Positions 10,848 to 22,600 of a DNA stretch of 64,000 nt are shown here, piece after piece. The number at the start of each line of letters is the position of its first letter. Within the stretch, counting starts at the first letter, position 1. Under the pieces are notes generated by a model. That model searched no databases. It saw only the letters and a list, made by a program, of their open reading frames with translations, and had not been told where the DNA came from. The DNA comes from Verrucomicrobiia bacterium (GTDB lineage: Bacteria; Verrucomicrobiota; Verrucomicrobiia; Limisphaerales; UBA1319), in NCBI GenBank assembly GCA_963664225.1, contig OY760937.1:4064001-4128000 (forward strand), written 5' to 3'. The position numbers and the translations under genes were made by a program.

Positions 10848-10873
10848 TCTTAAGTAAGACTCTAATCTTTCAC

Positions 10874-10898
10874 AGCCGCCCTTTTGGGCGGCTTTTTT
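10874..10898 (+). terminator. Rho-independent terminator
   Basis: AGCCGCCC-TTTT-GGGCGGCT followed by a T run. Confidence 0.9.
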
Positions 10899-11294
10899 GC
10901 GTACATTTGCCACGACTGACATGATCGCTTGGCTTGGCGAAGACCACGAAACATTGTGTTGTTCGGGGCAGTCTCACTCTGGTTATTTCGATGGATTGAA
11001 CGGCTTCAGCCCAGCATTTACGATGATTGAGTTGCCCCAGGCAATTGCCCTCCTTGAGTGTCCACAGCGAAGGATCATTGTGCGGTGAAAGTCGCACCGC
11101 CTCGAAAAGGCGTCACGAACCGTATAGGAGTTTCTCCGGTCGTCAATGACGGTGATCAAGCCATAGGTGGTTATTACACAAAAAATAACGTTTGCTTAAT
11201 GTCGTAATTGTGCAACAGGTGGCTATGGGGAAACCGTTGTTGCAACCGTGAGTCTATGATCTCGTCAATAATGGGAACCCAACTCCCGGAAAAT

Positions 11295-11876
11295 ATGAAG
11301 ACAGGTATTGTGCTCCTCTCTTGTGTTGCTGCAGTTGCGGCCTGGGCGCAGACGTTTCCCCAGGCGATGGTGGTATTGGACAGCTCTGTTGGAGTTGTGC
11401 CCATTTACTATATTTCACCGGGAACCCGGGCGCCAGGCGATGTCTTTGTCGAGGTTTTGGCCAGTAAGCCAGGCGAGAACAATTTCATAAGCATCGATGT
11501 GATGAGCGAGACCAAGAACACGGTGCGGTATTTGGATTTGGGTCGGGGTCTCGGTTCTGCATATTATTTCTTTGATGGATCCGTGGATGTTAAAGGTATT
11601 CCAGCTATTCCTGGTGCATATGCCGATTTTGTGGTGCGCGCCTGGACCGGTGCGGCCTCTTATGATACGGCAACATTCAGGGCTGAATCCGCTGTAACAA
11701 CTCAAGTTACGATGCCTTGGAACGGGCCGCCGGACCTTCCTCCTGAGAATCTGCTGGCCTTCAGTCAGGGCATGACCATGGAGTCAATTGTACCTGAGCC
11801 GGGCACAATTGCGTTGATTGCAATGGGCGGGGCGGCTTTGTTCTTAAGACTTCGATTGGTTCGTCACAGCTTATAA
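11295..11876 (+). CDS. PEP-CTERM sorting domain protein (copy 2, paralog of 10284)
   Basis: MKTGIVLL...AQTFP start; VRAWTG motif shared with copy 1; VPEPGTIALIAMGGAALF. Confidence 0.9.
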   Translation: MKTGIVLLSCVAAVAAWAQTFPQAMVVLDSSVGVVPIYYISPGTRAPGDVFVEVLASKPGENNFISIDVMSETKNTVRYLDLGRGLGSAYYFFDGSVDVKGIPAIPGAYADFVVRAWTGAASYDTATFRAESAVTTQVTMPWNGPPDLPPENLLAFSQGMTMESIVPEPGTIALIAMGGAALFLRLRLVRHSL

Positions 11877-12263
11877 TCCATCAGCGCCTGGTTCAGTCGT
11901 GCTGACGCGGGTCTCCAACCACATCTCGCTTCAACTTCTTCGGCGAACAGATGGCTGATAAATAAAAAGGCTTGCGTTCTTGTGGGTATCGGGCGTAAAT
12001 GATGATCAAATCATACGACGCGTGGAGGTGTGATTTTGCGGGATCATCCATTAAACAAACCAATCGTTGGGAAAATATGAAGACTGGAATTGTCCTCTTT
12101 TCTTGGCTTACTGCAGTCGCAGCCTGGGCGCAGACGTTTCCACAAGGAATGGTTACGTTGGACAGTATCGCTGAAGATGTGCCCATCTACTATTTTATAG
12201 CGGGAGTCCAGTCGCCATCCTATGTCTTTGTTGAGGTTCTGGCCAGTGTTCCGGACAAGAATG

Positions 12264-13908
12264 CAGCAATTCTCATTTTGACTTCAGGCCCGAAAATTGG
12301 CGGGGTTGGTGAGATGCTGGTTGCGGAAACGTGGATGGCTGTCACATCATCGTTGCAATTGTCACTCAATTGTAACTTGTACCTTGGCGCTGGTACTGGC
12401 ATTTCTTTAGCCCGTGAATGCGCGCACTTTCGATCACCTCATCCAACGGTTGCGCATTGTCGCCGCCGGGCTGCCTGATCGGCGCACGGGCGACAATACG
12501 ATCTTCTCCATGGCTGACATCACCATGGCGGCTTTCAGCGTCTTTTTCACTCAATGCCCTTCATTTCTGAGCTACCAGCAGGCTATGGAACAGTCCCGGG
12601 GACGCAACAACGCCCGGTCCCTTTTCCAAATTCAGCGTATTCCCAGCGACAACCACATCCGCCAGACGCTCGATCCGGTGGAACCGAGCCATCTCTTCGG
12701 TCTTTTCGACGATCTACACCAGGCCTTCGATAAAACGGGCGTGCTTGAGGCCATGCGCGCGGTTGGGGGCACACGTCTGATCGCGCTGGACGCCACCTGG
12801 TATTTCAGTTCTTCCTCCAGGAACATTCACTGCCCCAATTGCTCGCAGATTGAGCATGCCAACGGACAACGGACTCATTACCACAGTGCCATCACTCCGG
12901 TCATTGTCAGTCCCGGCCATGCCCAGGTCGTGCCGCTGCGGCCCGAATTCATCACTCCGCAGGACGGGCATGAGAAGCAGGACTGCGAAATCGCGGCCGC
13001 CAAACGCTGGCTCCAGGCCCACGCCCGGCGTTACTCCACCGGCAACGACACCTTGCTGGGCGACGACCTTTACGCTCATCAACCCTTCTGCCGCCAAGTG
13101 CTGCTGCACAACTTTCACTTTTTCTTCACCTGCAAACCCACCTCTCATCCCCATCTGTCCAAGTGGGTGGAAGCCTTGGAAGCAGGCCGCGATCTGCACA
13201 TCCTCAAGGCGCGGGTCAAAGGCAAATCCAACCGCTGGGAACACCACCACTATCAGTGGGCCAATGGCGTGCCTCTGACTGAGGGAGCCGACGCCTTGAA
13301 GGTCAACTGGTGCCAGTTGACCGTCACAGAGGCCGATGGCGCGGTGCTTTACCGCAACAGCTACATTACCGACCGGGTTATCAACGCCGACAACGTGGCT
13401 GGGTGGGTGGCTGCCGGACGGGCGCGCTGGAAGATTGAAAACGAAAACAACAACGTGCTCAAGAACCGGGGATATCATTTGGAACATAACTTCGGCCACG
13501 GCAAGAAACATCTGGCCTCCCTGCTGATGACAATGAACCTGCTGGCCTTTGGCCTGCACACCTTGCTCGAACTGGCCGATGCAAACTACCGATTGATCCG
13601 CGCCACCGTGGGAGCCCGGCGCAGATTCTTTCAGCACCTCGAAGCCCTGACCACCTATCTGCATTTCGAGAGTTGGGAGCGGCTGATGGATTTCATGATG
13701 CAGGGACTGGAAACAGGTCCCTACGCCACGCAAAAAAGCTGAAACCACCCGGTCGGCAGGAATACACGCCAGAAGCGCGTGAGGGCTGCGCATGCCCTGA
13801 TCGGGCGCAACCGCTCAGGCCCACCATCCTTCACCGCATGCCCTTCCATATTTCCCAGTCCGCTTCCGCAGTTGCTCTCTTCCCACCAAGTCAAAATGAG
13901 AATTGCTG
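12264..13908 (+). mobile_element. ISNCY-type insertion sequence
   Basis: Perfect 21-bp TIR CAGCAATTCTCATTTTGACTT / AAGTCAAAATGAGAATTGCTG; 9-bp target duplication ACAAGAATG / GCAAGAATG (1 mismatch). Confidence 0.93.
12414..13742 (+). CDS. DDE transposase (ISNCY family)
   Basis: LDATWYFSS..CPNC, LGDDLY, GRARWKIENENNNVLKNRGYHLEHNFGHG. Confidence 0.92.
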   Translation: MNARTFDHLIQRLRIVAAGLPDRRTGDNTIFSMADITMAAFSVFFTQCPSFLSYQQAMEQSRGRNNARSLFQIQRIPSDNHIRQTLDPVEPSHLFGLFDDLHQAFDKTGVLEAMRAVGGTRLIALDATWYFSSSSRNIHCPNCSQIEHANGQRTHYHSAITPVIVSPGHAQVVPLRPEFITPQDGHEKQDCEIAAAKRWLQAHARRYSTGNDTLLGDDLYAHQPFCRQVLLHNFHFFFTCKPTSHPHLSKWVEALEAGRDLHILKARVKGKSNRWEHHHYQWANGVPLTEGADALKVNWCQLTVTEADGAVLYRNSYITDRVINADNVAGWVAAGRARWKIENENNNVLKNRGYHLEHNFGHGKKHLASLLMTMNLLAFGLHTLLELADANYRLIRATVGARRRFFQHLEALTTYLHFESWERLMDFMMQGLETGPYATQKS

Positions 13909-14302
13909 GCAAGAATGATTTCAGAAGCATCGATGTGATGTTCGAGGCCGAGAACACGGTACGGTATTTGGATTTGGGCGGGGGCCATGGTGCTGGATAT
14001 TATTTTTATGATGGTGCTGTGAACGTTCCGTTCGTCACCCCTGATACCTATGCTGAATTCAAGGTGCGCGCCTGGACCGGTTCGATAACTTATGATACGG
14101 CAGCATTTAGGGCTGAATCCGCTGTTACAACTCAAATAACGATGCCTTGGAATGGCCCACCGGACTTTCCTCCGGAGAATCTGCTGGCGTTCAGTCAGAG
14201 CATGACCATGGGAATCTTGCCTGAGCCGGGCACTATTGCGTTGATTGTGCTCGGTGGTGCGGCACTGTTCTTTGGTCGACGCCGTTAACAGCAGGATAAC
14301 CA

Positions 14303-15553
14303 ATGCATCTGAAAAACATGATGAGCCCTTCACAACATACGCATTATCGCTGTCTCTGGGCTGTGCTCCTGCTGCTTGGCGGACTGTTTCTTTCAGGACC
14401 GGTATGCGCGCAGAATAAACCTGCTGGCACACCCTGGGATATGATCAAGCTGGCGGAGGCACCCAAGTGGACGGCGCTGGAACGCCCCAAGGGTGATGAT
14501 GTGAAGGCGATCAGTTTTCCCGGGGTTCCGTTACATGGCAAACCGACGCGGGTATTCGCCTGGCTGGGTGTGCCGAAAGTGAAGGCTGGCGCGCAAGTGC
14601 CCGCCATGGTGCTTATTCACGGCGGGGGCGGCACGGCGTTCGAGGAGTGGGTGCGGCTGTGGGTGAGCCGTGGATATGCCGCCATTGCGATGGACACCTG
14701 CGGCCAGGTGCCGGTAGGCAATTATGGTCAATGGTTCCACGACGACCAGGGCGGGCCTGCGGGGTGGGGCGGCTTCGATCAGATAAACGGTCCACGGCAA
14801 GATCAATGGACGTATCACGCGGTGGCTGACGCGATCCTGGCGCATTCCCTGATTCGTTCTCTGCCTGAGGTGGATCCCGAACGCACCGGCGTGACTGGCA
14901 TATCCTGGGGTGGTTATCTGACGTGCATTGTGGCCGGGGTGGATCATCGTTTCAAACTGGCTGTGCCGGTTTACGGCTGCGGTTTCTATCGGGATACGGT
15001 GTTTGAGGGAGAATTGAAAAAACTGAAGCCGGAGGAGGCGGACCAATGGATGGCGTGGTGGGATCCCTCGGTTTATCTGGGCGATGCGTCGATGCCCATG
15101 CTGTGGGTCACCGGGAGCAACGATTTCGCCTATACCATGAACGCGCTGCAGGCTTCCTATCGGCTTCCCAAAGGACCGCGCTCTCTGTGCATCCGGCTGC
15201 GGATGCCGCACGGACACGGTGGCGCGGGAGAAAACCCCGAGGAAATCCGGGTGTTCGCCGACGGTATTTTGAAGGGCGGGGCAGGGCTTCCCGACATCAC
15301 AGGCACGGGACGCGAAGGGACCCAGGTCTGGGCCGCTTACACAGGATCCGTGGCCAAAGCGGAACTGAATTACACGCGGGATACGGGTCGATGGCAGGAC
15401 CGAAAATGGGAGGCGGTGGCCGCGGAAAAGTCAGATAATCGCATCACGGCCCGGCTTCCCGCGGGCACGCGCGTTTATTACTTCAATCTCATCGACGAGC
15501 GCGAGTGTGTGGTGAGCACGGAGCATGCGGAATGTGATGTGAAGGAGCAGTGA
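14303..15553 (+). CDS. Secreted alpha/beta hydrolase (acetyl xylan esterase-like)
   Basis: Signal peptide; LIHGGGG; GISWGG nucleophile elbow; later Asp/His. Confidence 0.8.
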   Translation: MHLKNMMSPSQHTHYRCLWAVLLLLGGLFLSGPVCAQNKPAGTPWDMIKLAEAPKWTALERPKGDDVKAISFPGVPLHGKPTRVFAWLGVPKVKAGAQVPAMVLIHGGGGTAFEEWVRLWVSRGYAAIAMDTCGQVPVGNYGQWFHDDQGGPAGWGGFDQINGPRQDQWTYHAVADAILAHSLIRSLPEVDPERTGVTGISWGGYLTCIVAGVDHRFKLAVPVYGCGFYRDTVFEGELKKLKPEEADQWMAWWDPSVYLGDASMPMLWVTGSNDFAYTMNALQASYRLPKGPRSLCIRLRMPHGHGGAGENPEEIRVFADGILKGGAGLPDITGTGREGTQVWAAYTGSVAKAELNYTRDTGRWQDRKWEAVAAEKSDNRITARLPAGTRVYYFNLIDERECVVSTEHAECDVKEQ

Positions 15554-15720
15554 GGAAAAAAGGCAATCAGGCTGACCCCCCTGACTAAGGCGAGGAGACA
15601 ATATTTTCCGCGTGGGACAGTGCGAAACAGTGTGATTTGTGAAGGTCGACGAACAGGCTCCGAGCGATTCCACCCGTTCCGGGATGCCGAATCGGACGGA
15701 TGCACCAGGGAGGATGGTCG

Positions 15721-15800
15721 ATAAGCATGCCGCTCCGCTGGAGCTTGGGAATTCCATGGGGATGCCGCATGCTATAAACATGCCGCGCCTCCGGCGCTGG
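15721..15800 (+). repeat. REP-like doublet (TAA[A/G]CATGCC plus 5-bp hairpin)
   Basis: GCTCC-GCT-GGAGC and GCGCC-TCC-GGCGC hairpins; same family as 59202-59586. Confidence 0.75.
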
Positions 15801-16138
15801 GAATGGGCGTGATTGAGCATTGATTGGCAGTATTGTAAATGGAAGAATAAATAATTGACGATGGACAATGTGTGAAATAAATTATAATGGGCAAATGATG
15901 GACCACAGGTTGAAGTGGGTGGTTTGGAGGGTGCCGCCGCGGGGGATTGGCGAAAGAAGGAATGAAAACGCCAAGATAATGGAAAGTGGGAATAGAGTTT
16001 AACGGCACGAAATACGCGAAAGGGAGGTTTTTTTTAGGTGTTCATTATGAAGCTTGTCATGTTTTGATGATACTCCCAAAATGGAAGCATCCATGAGCAA
16101 TGAATTTCCGTCGCGATGACTTATTCACGATCACACTT

Positions 16139-17167
16139 ATGAAAAGAACATTGAGCCAGATTTTAAAGACTGCGGCATGCATTGGCATGATCGCCGCCAG
16201 TTTCGTTTTGACCGAAACAAGGGCCAGGGGAGTCGATGCATTTGAACAGAACAAACGTCTTGGGCGAGGTGTGAATATCATCGGCTGGGATTCGATCTGG
16301 CAGAATCGGGAGCGGGGTAATTTCAAGGATGCTCATTTTAAGCTGATTCATGAGGCGGGTTTCAATCATGTGCGCATCAATCTGCATCCGCTTCGGGATG
16401 GCAAGCCCGACGCGAATGGCAAAATGCGGGATGAGTTTTTCAGCACGCTCGACTGGGCCATCGATGGCGCGCTGGCCAACAAGCTGCTGGTGATCCTCGA
16501 TTATCACGATGACCTGGCCATTTCGCCGGATCCCGCCGGCAAGAAAAAGGATTTCCTAGCGACATGGACGGCCATTGCGGAACATTGCCGGGATCGTTCT
16601 TCGGATGTGATGTTCGAGATTTTGAATGAGCCGGCGGGAAAGTTCACCAAGGAATCCTGGGATGAATACTGGCACGATGCGCTGGCGATCATTCGCAAGT
16701 CAAATCCAGACAGGACGGTCATCATCGGTCCCGCCTCGTGGAACAATTTCAAGCAGATCGGGACGCTCGAGTTCCCTGAAAACGACAAGAACATCATCGC
16801 CACAGTACACTATTACGATCCGTTTCCTTTCACGCACCAGGGCACGCCGTGGACCGGTCAGAAGGACAAGACGGGCGTTGTCTGGGAGGGGACCGAGAAA
16901 GAACGCCAGGCGGTGAAGGATGATTTTGCAGGGGTTCAAGCGTGGGCGAAGAAGAGCAACCGTCCGGTGTATCTCGGCGAGTTCGGGAGCTATGAAAAGG
17001 CGGACATGGCGTCGCGGATCCGGTGGGCGGCATTTGTGTCGCGCGAGATTGAAAAGCAGGGCTGGAGCTGGGGTGTGTGGCAGTTTGCGAATGATTTCAT
17101 GCTGTTCGATATGAAAACGCAGAAGTGGGTGGAACCGCTTCGTGACGCATTGATTCCCGCCAAATAA
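16139..17167 (+). CDS. Glycoside hydrolase family 5 (endoglucanase-like)
   Basis: LGRGVNI, HVRI, FEILNEP, VHYYDPFPFTHQG, YLGEFG. Confidence 0.93.
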   Translation: MKRTLSQILKTAACIGMIAASFVLTETRARGVDAFEQNKRLGRGVNIIGWDSIWQNRERGNFKDAHFKLIHEAGFNHVRINLHPLRDGKPDANGKMRDEFFSTLDWAIDGALANKLLVILDYHDDLAISPDPAGKKKDFLATWTAIAEHCRDRSSDVMFEILNEPAGKFTKESWDEYWHDALAIIRKSNPDRTVIIGPASWNNFKQIGTLEFPENDKNIIATVHYYDPFPFTHQGTPWTGQKDKTGVVWEGTEKERQAVKDDFAGVQAWAKKSNRPVYLGEFGSYEKADMASRIRWAAFVSREIEKQGWSWGVWQFANDFMLFDMKTQKWVEPLRDALIPAK

Positions 17168-17178
17168 AAGGATTACGC

Positions 17179-19602
17179 ATGCGCAAAGTCATTCTGGCAG
17201 CCTTCGCTGTCTGTGTCGTCATTGCAGGTGGTCCTGCTTTCGCCAAACCGGTGGATATCACTTTGGACAGCGGCGATGTGCTGCGCGTGGAGCCGGTGGC
17301 CGATAAAATCATCCGGGTCCGACTCAGCGCGGATGGCAAGTTCGAGCCGTCGCTGATGGAACGGTATGGAATCGTCCGCACCAACTGGTCGGCCTGCGAG
17401 TTCAAAGTGAGCGAGGAAAACGGGATCACACGCATTGCCGGTGCGAGCGGTTCAGTGACGGTTCGGAAGCAGGACGGACGCATGCAATTGCTCGATGCGA
17501 ATGGCAAGAGTATTTGCGATCAAATCATTCCACAACGAACGCATTGGAACGACACGGACCTCGACGCATTCAAAAAGCGGCAGCAATCCGTGGAGGAATA
17601 TTTCAAAGGCGAAAAACGAAAAGAAGGCCAGACGCAGGTTATCGGAAGCAACACGCAGGACAAGACGGCTTACTCGGAGAGCATGCATGAGTTTTTCCTG
17701 CCGACAAACTCGTTTGGGGCCACGTTTAATTTGGGAAGTGGGGATCGGTTTTATGGATTGGGGACTGCGTCGTCGCGGAGACTGGAGTTGCGCGGGTATG
17801 CATACAGGCTTTGGACCCAATACCGGGGTAATTTTGGGTTCAAGGCGGACGGTGGCTGGGACCAAACCGAGGGGCCCATCCCGCTGCTGATTGGAACGGG
17901 AGGCTGGGGTGTATTCGTCAACACCACATGGGTTCACTATTATGACATTGGCCGGTATCAGTCGGACAAGGCGTTCTTCTGGGGACCCGGAGGCCAGCTC
18001 GATTTCTATCTGCTACTGAGCGATTCCATGCCGGAACAGATTGCGCTTTATACGGATATTACCGGGAAGCCGCGACTCCTGCCGCAGTTCGCCTACGGCC
18101 TGACGTATGTCAGCCAGATCACGCAGAACGAGCACGAAATTCTCAACGATTCCCGGCTTTTCCGCGAGAAAGGCATTCCGTGCGACATCATGGGAATTGA
18201 GCCGCAATGGATGAAGAAGAATTACGATACCTCGCACGAGAAACAGTGGAATCCGGAGAAGTTTTATATTCCCGATTGGATGGGGCCGGATTCGAAAAGC
18301 GGGACTTTCATCGGGGGACTCGACCGGACCGGATACAAGCTTTCGCTCTGGCTGGTTTGCAACGATGACATGACCATGGAAGAGGAACGTCAGGTGGCCA
18401 TTCAGCAAGGCAACGGTAAAGACTTTCCAGCGGAACCGGACGCGTGGTTCAACCATCTCAAGACCTTTGTGAGAAATGGAGCGCGCTGCTTCAAGATGGA
18501 TCCTGAAAATTTGATTCAGGAACATCCGGGCCGGAAATATTTCAACGGCCGGACCGATCTGGAAAACCATAATCTGACCGAGGTTCTCTATCACAAACAG
18601 ATGTGCCTGGGTTACGAGGAGTTTGCCAAGCAACGGGCGATGACCCACTACTGCGCCGCCTATGCGGGCGTTCAGCACTGGGGCGCGACGACCATGGGCG
18701 ATAACGGCGGAGGGGAGAAGGCGTTGATCTGGATGCTGAGCTACAGCATGAGCGGTCATATGAACACCTCATGCGACATGGAAGCGCAGGGGCTGGGGCT
18801 GCATTTTGGTTTTCTGCAACCCTGGAGCCAGCACAACAACTGGGCTTCTGCCGGGCAACCGTGGTTCCTGGGAAAAAAGCAGGAGGCGATGTTTCGCGAC
18901 TATGCACGGCTGCGGTATTCGCTGATCCCGTATATCTATTCCGCCGCGCATGTGGGCCACCTGACCAGCATGCCCATTTTACGGGCGATGCCGCTGGCTT
19001 ATCCGAACGATCTGAAGCTGGCCAACTGCGTCACCGAATACATGCTGGGCGAGAGCCTTTTAGTAACGGCGTTTACGGATAAAGTCTATTTGCCTGCCGG
19101 AAAATGGATCGACTACTGGACCGGCGAGGAGCATGTCGGGCCCAAAGAAATGGCCTGCAAATGGCCGCAGAATCGGGCGGGCGGTTTATTCATAAAAGCG
19201 GGAGCCATTTTGCCCTATTGGCCTGACATGGATTTCGTGGGCGAATTGCCCGTAGATAAACTTAAACTGCACGTCTATCCCGAAGGGCAAAGCGAATTCA
19301 CCCTGTATGAAGACGATGGGAATTCATTCGAATACATCAAAGACGCGGTGGCCAAAACGAAGATTACCTGTCAGACCAGCGAAAGCGAAGCGACACTCAC
19401 CATCGCGCCTCGCATGGGTGCGTATCGAGGCATGCCATCCAAGCGCAGTTATGAAGTCTGGATGCACAGGGATCAGCCCAAAAGTGTAATGGTCAATGGA
19501 ACCGCCGCAGACTGGACCTACGACACGGCGGCCAAAGCGGTGAAAATCAGCGTCACCGAAGACCCGGCGCGCAAAACGCCAGTCATCGTCGAGTGCAAGT
19601 AA
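17179..19602 (+). CDS. Glycoside hydrolase family 31
   Basis: YTDITGKPRLLP, IPCD, FKMDP nucleophile, MGDN, RYSLIPYIYS, PILRAM, LYEDDG. Confidence 0.9.
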   Translation: MRKVILAAFAVCVVIAGGPAFAKPVDITLDSGDVLRVEPVADKIIRVRLSADGKFEPSLMERYGIVRTNWSACEFKVSEENGITRIAGASGSVTVRKQDGRMQLLDANGKSICDQIIPQRTHWNDTDLDAFKKRQQSVEEYFKGEKRKEGQTQVIGSNTQDKTAYSESMHEFFLPTNSFGATFNLGSGDRFYGLGTASSRRLELRGYAYRLWTQYRGNFGFKADGGWDQTEGPIPLLIGTGGWGVFVNTTWVHYYDIGRYQSDKAFFWGPGGQLDFYLLLSDSMPEQIALYTDITGKPRLLPQFAYGLTYVSQITQNEHEILNDSRLFREKGIPCDIMGIEPQWMKKNYDTSHEKQWNPEKFYIPDWMGPDSKSGTFIGGLDRTGYKLSLWLVCNDDMTMEEERQVAIQQGNGKDFPAEPDAWFNHLKTFVRNGARCFKMDPENLIQEHPGRKYFNGRTDLENHNLTEVLYHKQMCLGYEEFAKQRAMTHYCAAYAGVQHWGATTMGDNGGGEKALIWMLSYSMSGHMNTSCDMEAQGLGLHFGFLQPWSQHNNWASAGQPWFLGKKQEAMFRDYARLRYSLIPYIYSAAHVGHLTSMPILRAMPLAYPNDLKLANCVTEYMLGESLLVTAFTDKVYLPAGKWIDYWTGEEHVGPKEMACKWPQNRAGGLFIKAGAILPYWPDMDFVGELPVDKLKLHVYPEGQSEFTLYEDDGNSFEYIKDAVAKTKITCQTSESEATLTIAPRMGAYRGMPSKRSYEVWMHRDQPKSVMVNGTAADWTYDTAAKAVKISVTEDPARKTPVIVECK

Positions 19603-19669
19603 AGTCGATGCTGGAAGGCGTATGATTCGCTCTTCAGCATCAACAGTTCGTTGCGGAGATGGGTTTCGA

Positions 19670-22600
19670 TTACACCGTTGGATTGGCCGTTTTCAAGTCT
19701 GGCAGGTTTATTTGCGAAACGGCGCGGGCTTTGCGACGGAAGGTTGTGTAGAGAGTCGGGAGCACCAGCAGTGTCAGGACCGTATTGGTCACAATGCCGC
19801 CGATCACGACCGTGGCCAGCGGGCGCTGCACCTCTCCACCCACGCCGACATTCACGGCCATTGGTATGAAGCCGACCGCAGCCACCAGGGCGGTCATCAG
19901 CACCGGCCGCAAACGCACCAGGCAACCTTCACGCACGGCGGCCTCCAGAGGCGTGCCCGCATCGAGCCGTTGCTTGATGAAAGTCACCAATACCAGGCCG
20001 TTGAGAATGGCCACGCCGCTCAAGGCGATGAAGCCAATGGCCGCGCTCACCGTAAAGGGCATCCCGCGGAGCCACAGTGCGAGCACGCCGCCGACCGCGC
20101 CGAGCGGAATGCCCGTGGCAACGATGAACACATCCCGAAGGGATTTAAGACTGAAGAAGAGCAACACAAAGATCAGGCCCAGGGCCATCGGCACCACGAA
20201 TCGCAGCCTGGCGTTGGCGCGCTCCATGTTTTCGAACTGCCCGCCCCATTCGATGCTGTAGCCTTCGGGAAGATTGACCTGTTCGGCGATCTTCTTTTGT
20301 GCCTCAGCCACGAAGCTGGCGACATCGCGATCGCGCACATTGGATTGCACGGTGATCCGGCGTCGGCCCCATTCGCGATTGATGGTGGCGGGGCCTTCCG
20401 TTTCCACCACCTTCGCGACCTGGTTCAATGGCAGAACCGAGCCAGTGGCCGTGGGAATGAGCGTGGCGGCCAGCGCATCGGGATCCGTGCGCAGCCGGTC
20501 GGGCATTCGCACCACCAGGGGGAAGCGCCGCTGGCCCTCGCGGATTTCGCCGACTTTACGGGTGCCCACGGCCTCCACCACGCGGAGCACATTGCGGGTG
20601 GGCACGCCGAGACGCGCCATGGCCTTGGGATCCATCTTAACCTGCAGGATGAGCTGTCCGGTGAGTTGCTCGCCAGTCACCTCGCCAACGCCTTTGATGG
20701 AGCCAAGCACCTGTTGGACCTGGTCGGAGAGCACTCGCAATTGCTCGAGATCGTCGCCGTAAATCTTGATGGCAACGTCAGACCGCACACCGGCAATCAT
20801 TTCGTTCAGACGCATCTCAATGGGCTGGCTGAAAGACACGGTCATGCCGGGGAATTTGGCGAAGAGTTCCCGCATCTTCTCCACCAGCTCTGATTGGGTT
20901 CGCGCCTTCTTCCATTCCGCGCGGGGTTTGAGCGCGAGAAAGAAATCTGAAAGCTCGATGCCCATCGGATCGGTGGCGATTTCCGCGCTGCCCAGACGCG
21001 TCCAAATGTTGGTGATTTCGTTTGGGAATTCTGCAAGGAGAAGTTTCTCGATGCGGTCGTTGTAAGCGACGGCTTCCTCCACCGAAATTCCAGCAAGACG
21101 GACGGTTGTGCCGACGATGGCGCCTTCCCCCAGCTTCGGCAGGAATTCACCGCCCATACGCGAGGCGAGAACCGCCACGCCCACCAGCAGCGCCAATGCG
21201 CCCAGAAGTGTGAAAGCCCGAAAGCGCATCGCCAGGCCCAGCATTGGGGCGTAAAGGCGATGGGTCATCCGCACGAGCCAGGGCTCAGATTCTTTGGCGT
21301 GTTTGGGCAGGAACAAACTGGCCAGGACCGGAGTGAGCGTGAGCGCCAGAATCAATGAACCGGCCAGGGCGAAAATCATCGTCAGCGCCATCGGCTTGAA
21401 GAGTTTTCCCTCGACACCTTCCAGAGCGAGGATCGGCAGGAAAACAATGAGAATGATGCCCACGCCGAAGGCGACGGGGCGGGCCACCTCCAAGGGAGCA
21501 CTGATCAGCGTCTCCTCCCGTTCCTCGCTGGTCAAAGGCCGTCCCAGCTCATGCTGCCGGAGCGTGAGACGGCGCATGGCATTTTCCACCATCACGACCG
21601 AGCCATCCACGATGAGACCGAAGTCCACCGCGCCCAGGCTGAGCAAACTGGCCGAAATTCCGGTCTGCAACATCAGGTCGCCGGCGAACATCATCGAAAG
21701 AGGGATCGCGGCGGCCACCACGAGGCCCGCACGCAGATTGCCGAGGAAGGCGAAGAGAATTGCAATCACCAGTAAGGCGCCCGCCATCAGATTATGTTTG
21801 ACCGTCTCAATGACGTTATTGACCAGTTCGGTGCGGTCATAGAGCACCTCCACCTTCACATCCCTGGGCAGCGTTTTCTGCACCTCGGCCAGCTTATCCT
21901 TCAACCCACGGGTGACCACAGCGCTATTCTCGCCCATGAGCATGAAGCCCAGGCCCAGCACGATTTCGCCTTTGCCCGCGCCTGTGACAGCGCCGCGGCG
22001 GATTTCGTGGTCCACCTTTACCTCGGCGACGTCGCCAACGCGCACCGGCACGCCATCATAAGCCGTGATGACGATGTTGGCGATTTCCTGAACATTGGTG
22101 GTGAGACCCAGGCCATGCACGAGCAGGGATTCCCCAGCGCGAACGACCTGTCCACCGCCGACGTTCTGGTTATTGGCTTCGAGCGCCTCGACCAGTTGTT
22201 CCAGAGTGAGGCCGTATTTTACAAGGTGCTGCGGTTCAGTGACGACGTGGAACTGTTTTTCAAAACCACCCCAGGTGTTGACTTCGGCGACGCCGCGCAC
22301 CTTGCGCAACTGCGGCTTCACGATCCAATCCTGAATTTCACGGAGTTCCATGAGAGTCCGATTGGTGTTGTCCGAACGGACCACATAATGGAACACCTCG
22401 CCCAGTCCTGTGGAAATGGGGCCAAGCTGGGGCCGGGCGATGCCTGCGGGCAGTTCGACGGTTTGCAGGCGCTCGGTGATGAGCTGGCGCGCGCGAAAGA
22501 TGCTCGTGTCATCATCGAACGTGGCCACCACCTGCGAGAGGCCGAATTTCGAAACGGAGCGGATGTTGTTCAGGCCGGGCAGGCCGCTGACGGCAAGTTC

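Larger units (their letters stand above)
12077..14288 (+). pseudogene. PEP-CTERM protein (copy 3), interrupted by an ISNCY element
   Basis: 5' part 12077-12263 and 3' part 13909-14288 rejoin in frame (..ASVP-G/D-KNDFRSID..) and align with copy 2; ends LPEPGTIALIVLGGAALFFGRRR. Confidence 0.92.

Noticed and set aside
11079..11097. TGTGCGGTGAAAGTCGCAC resembling a group II intron domain V tip
   Set aside because: It lacks the AGC triad, the basal stem and domain VI; too short to support an intron relic.
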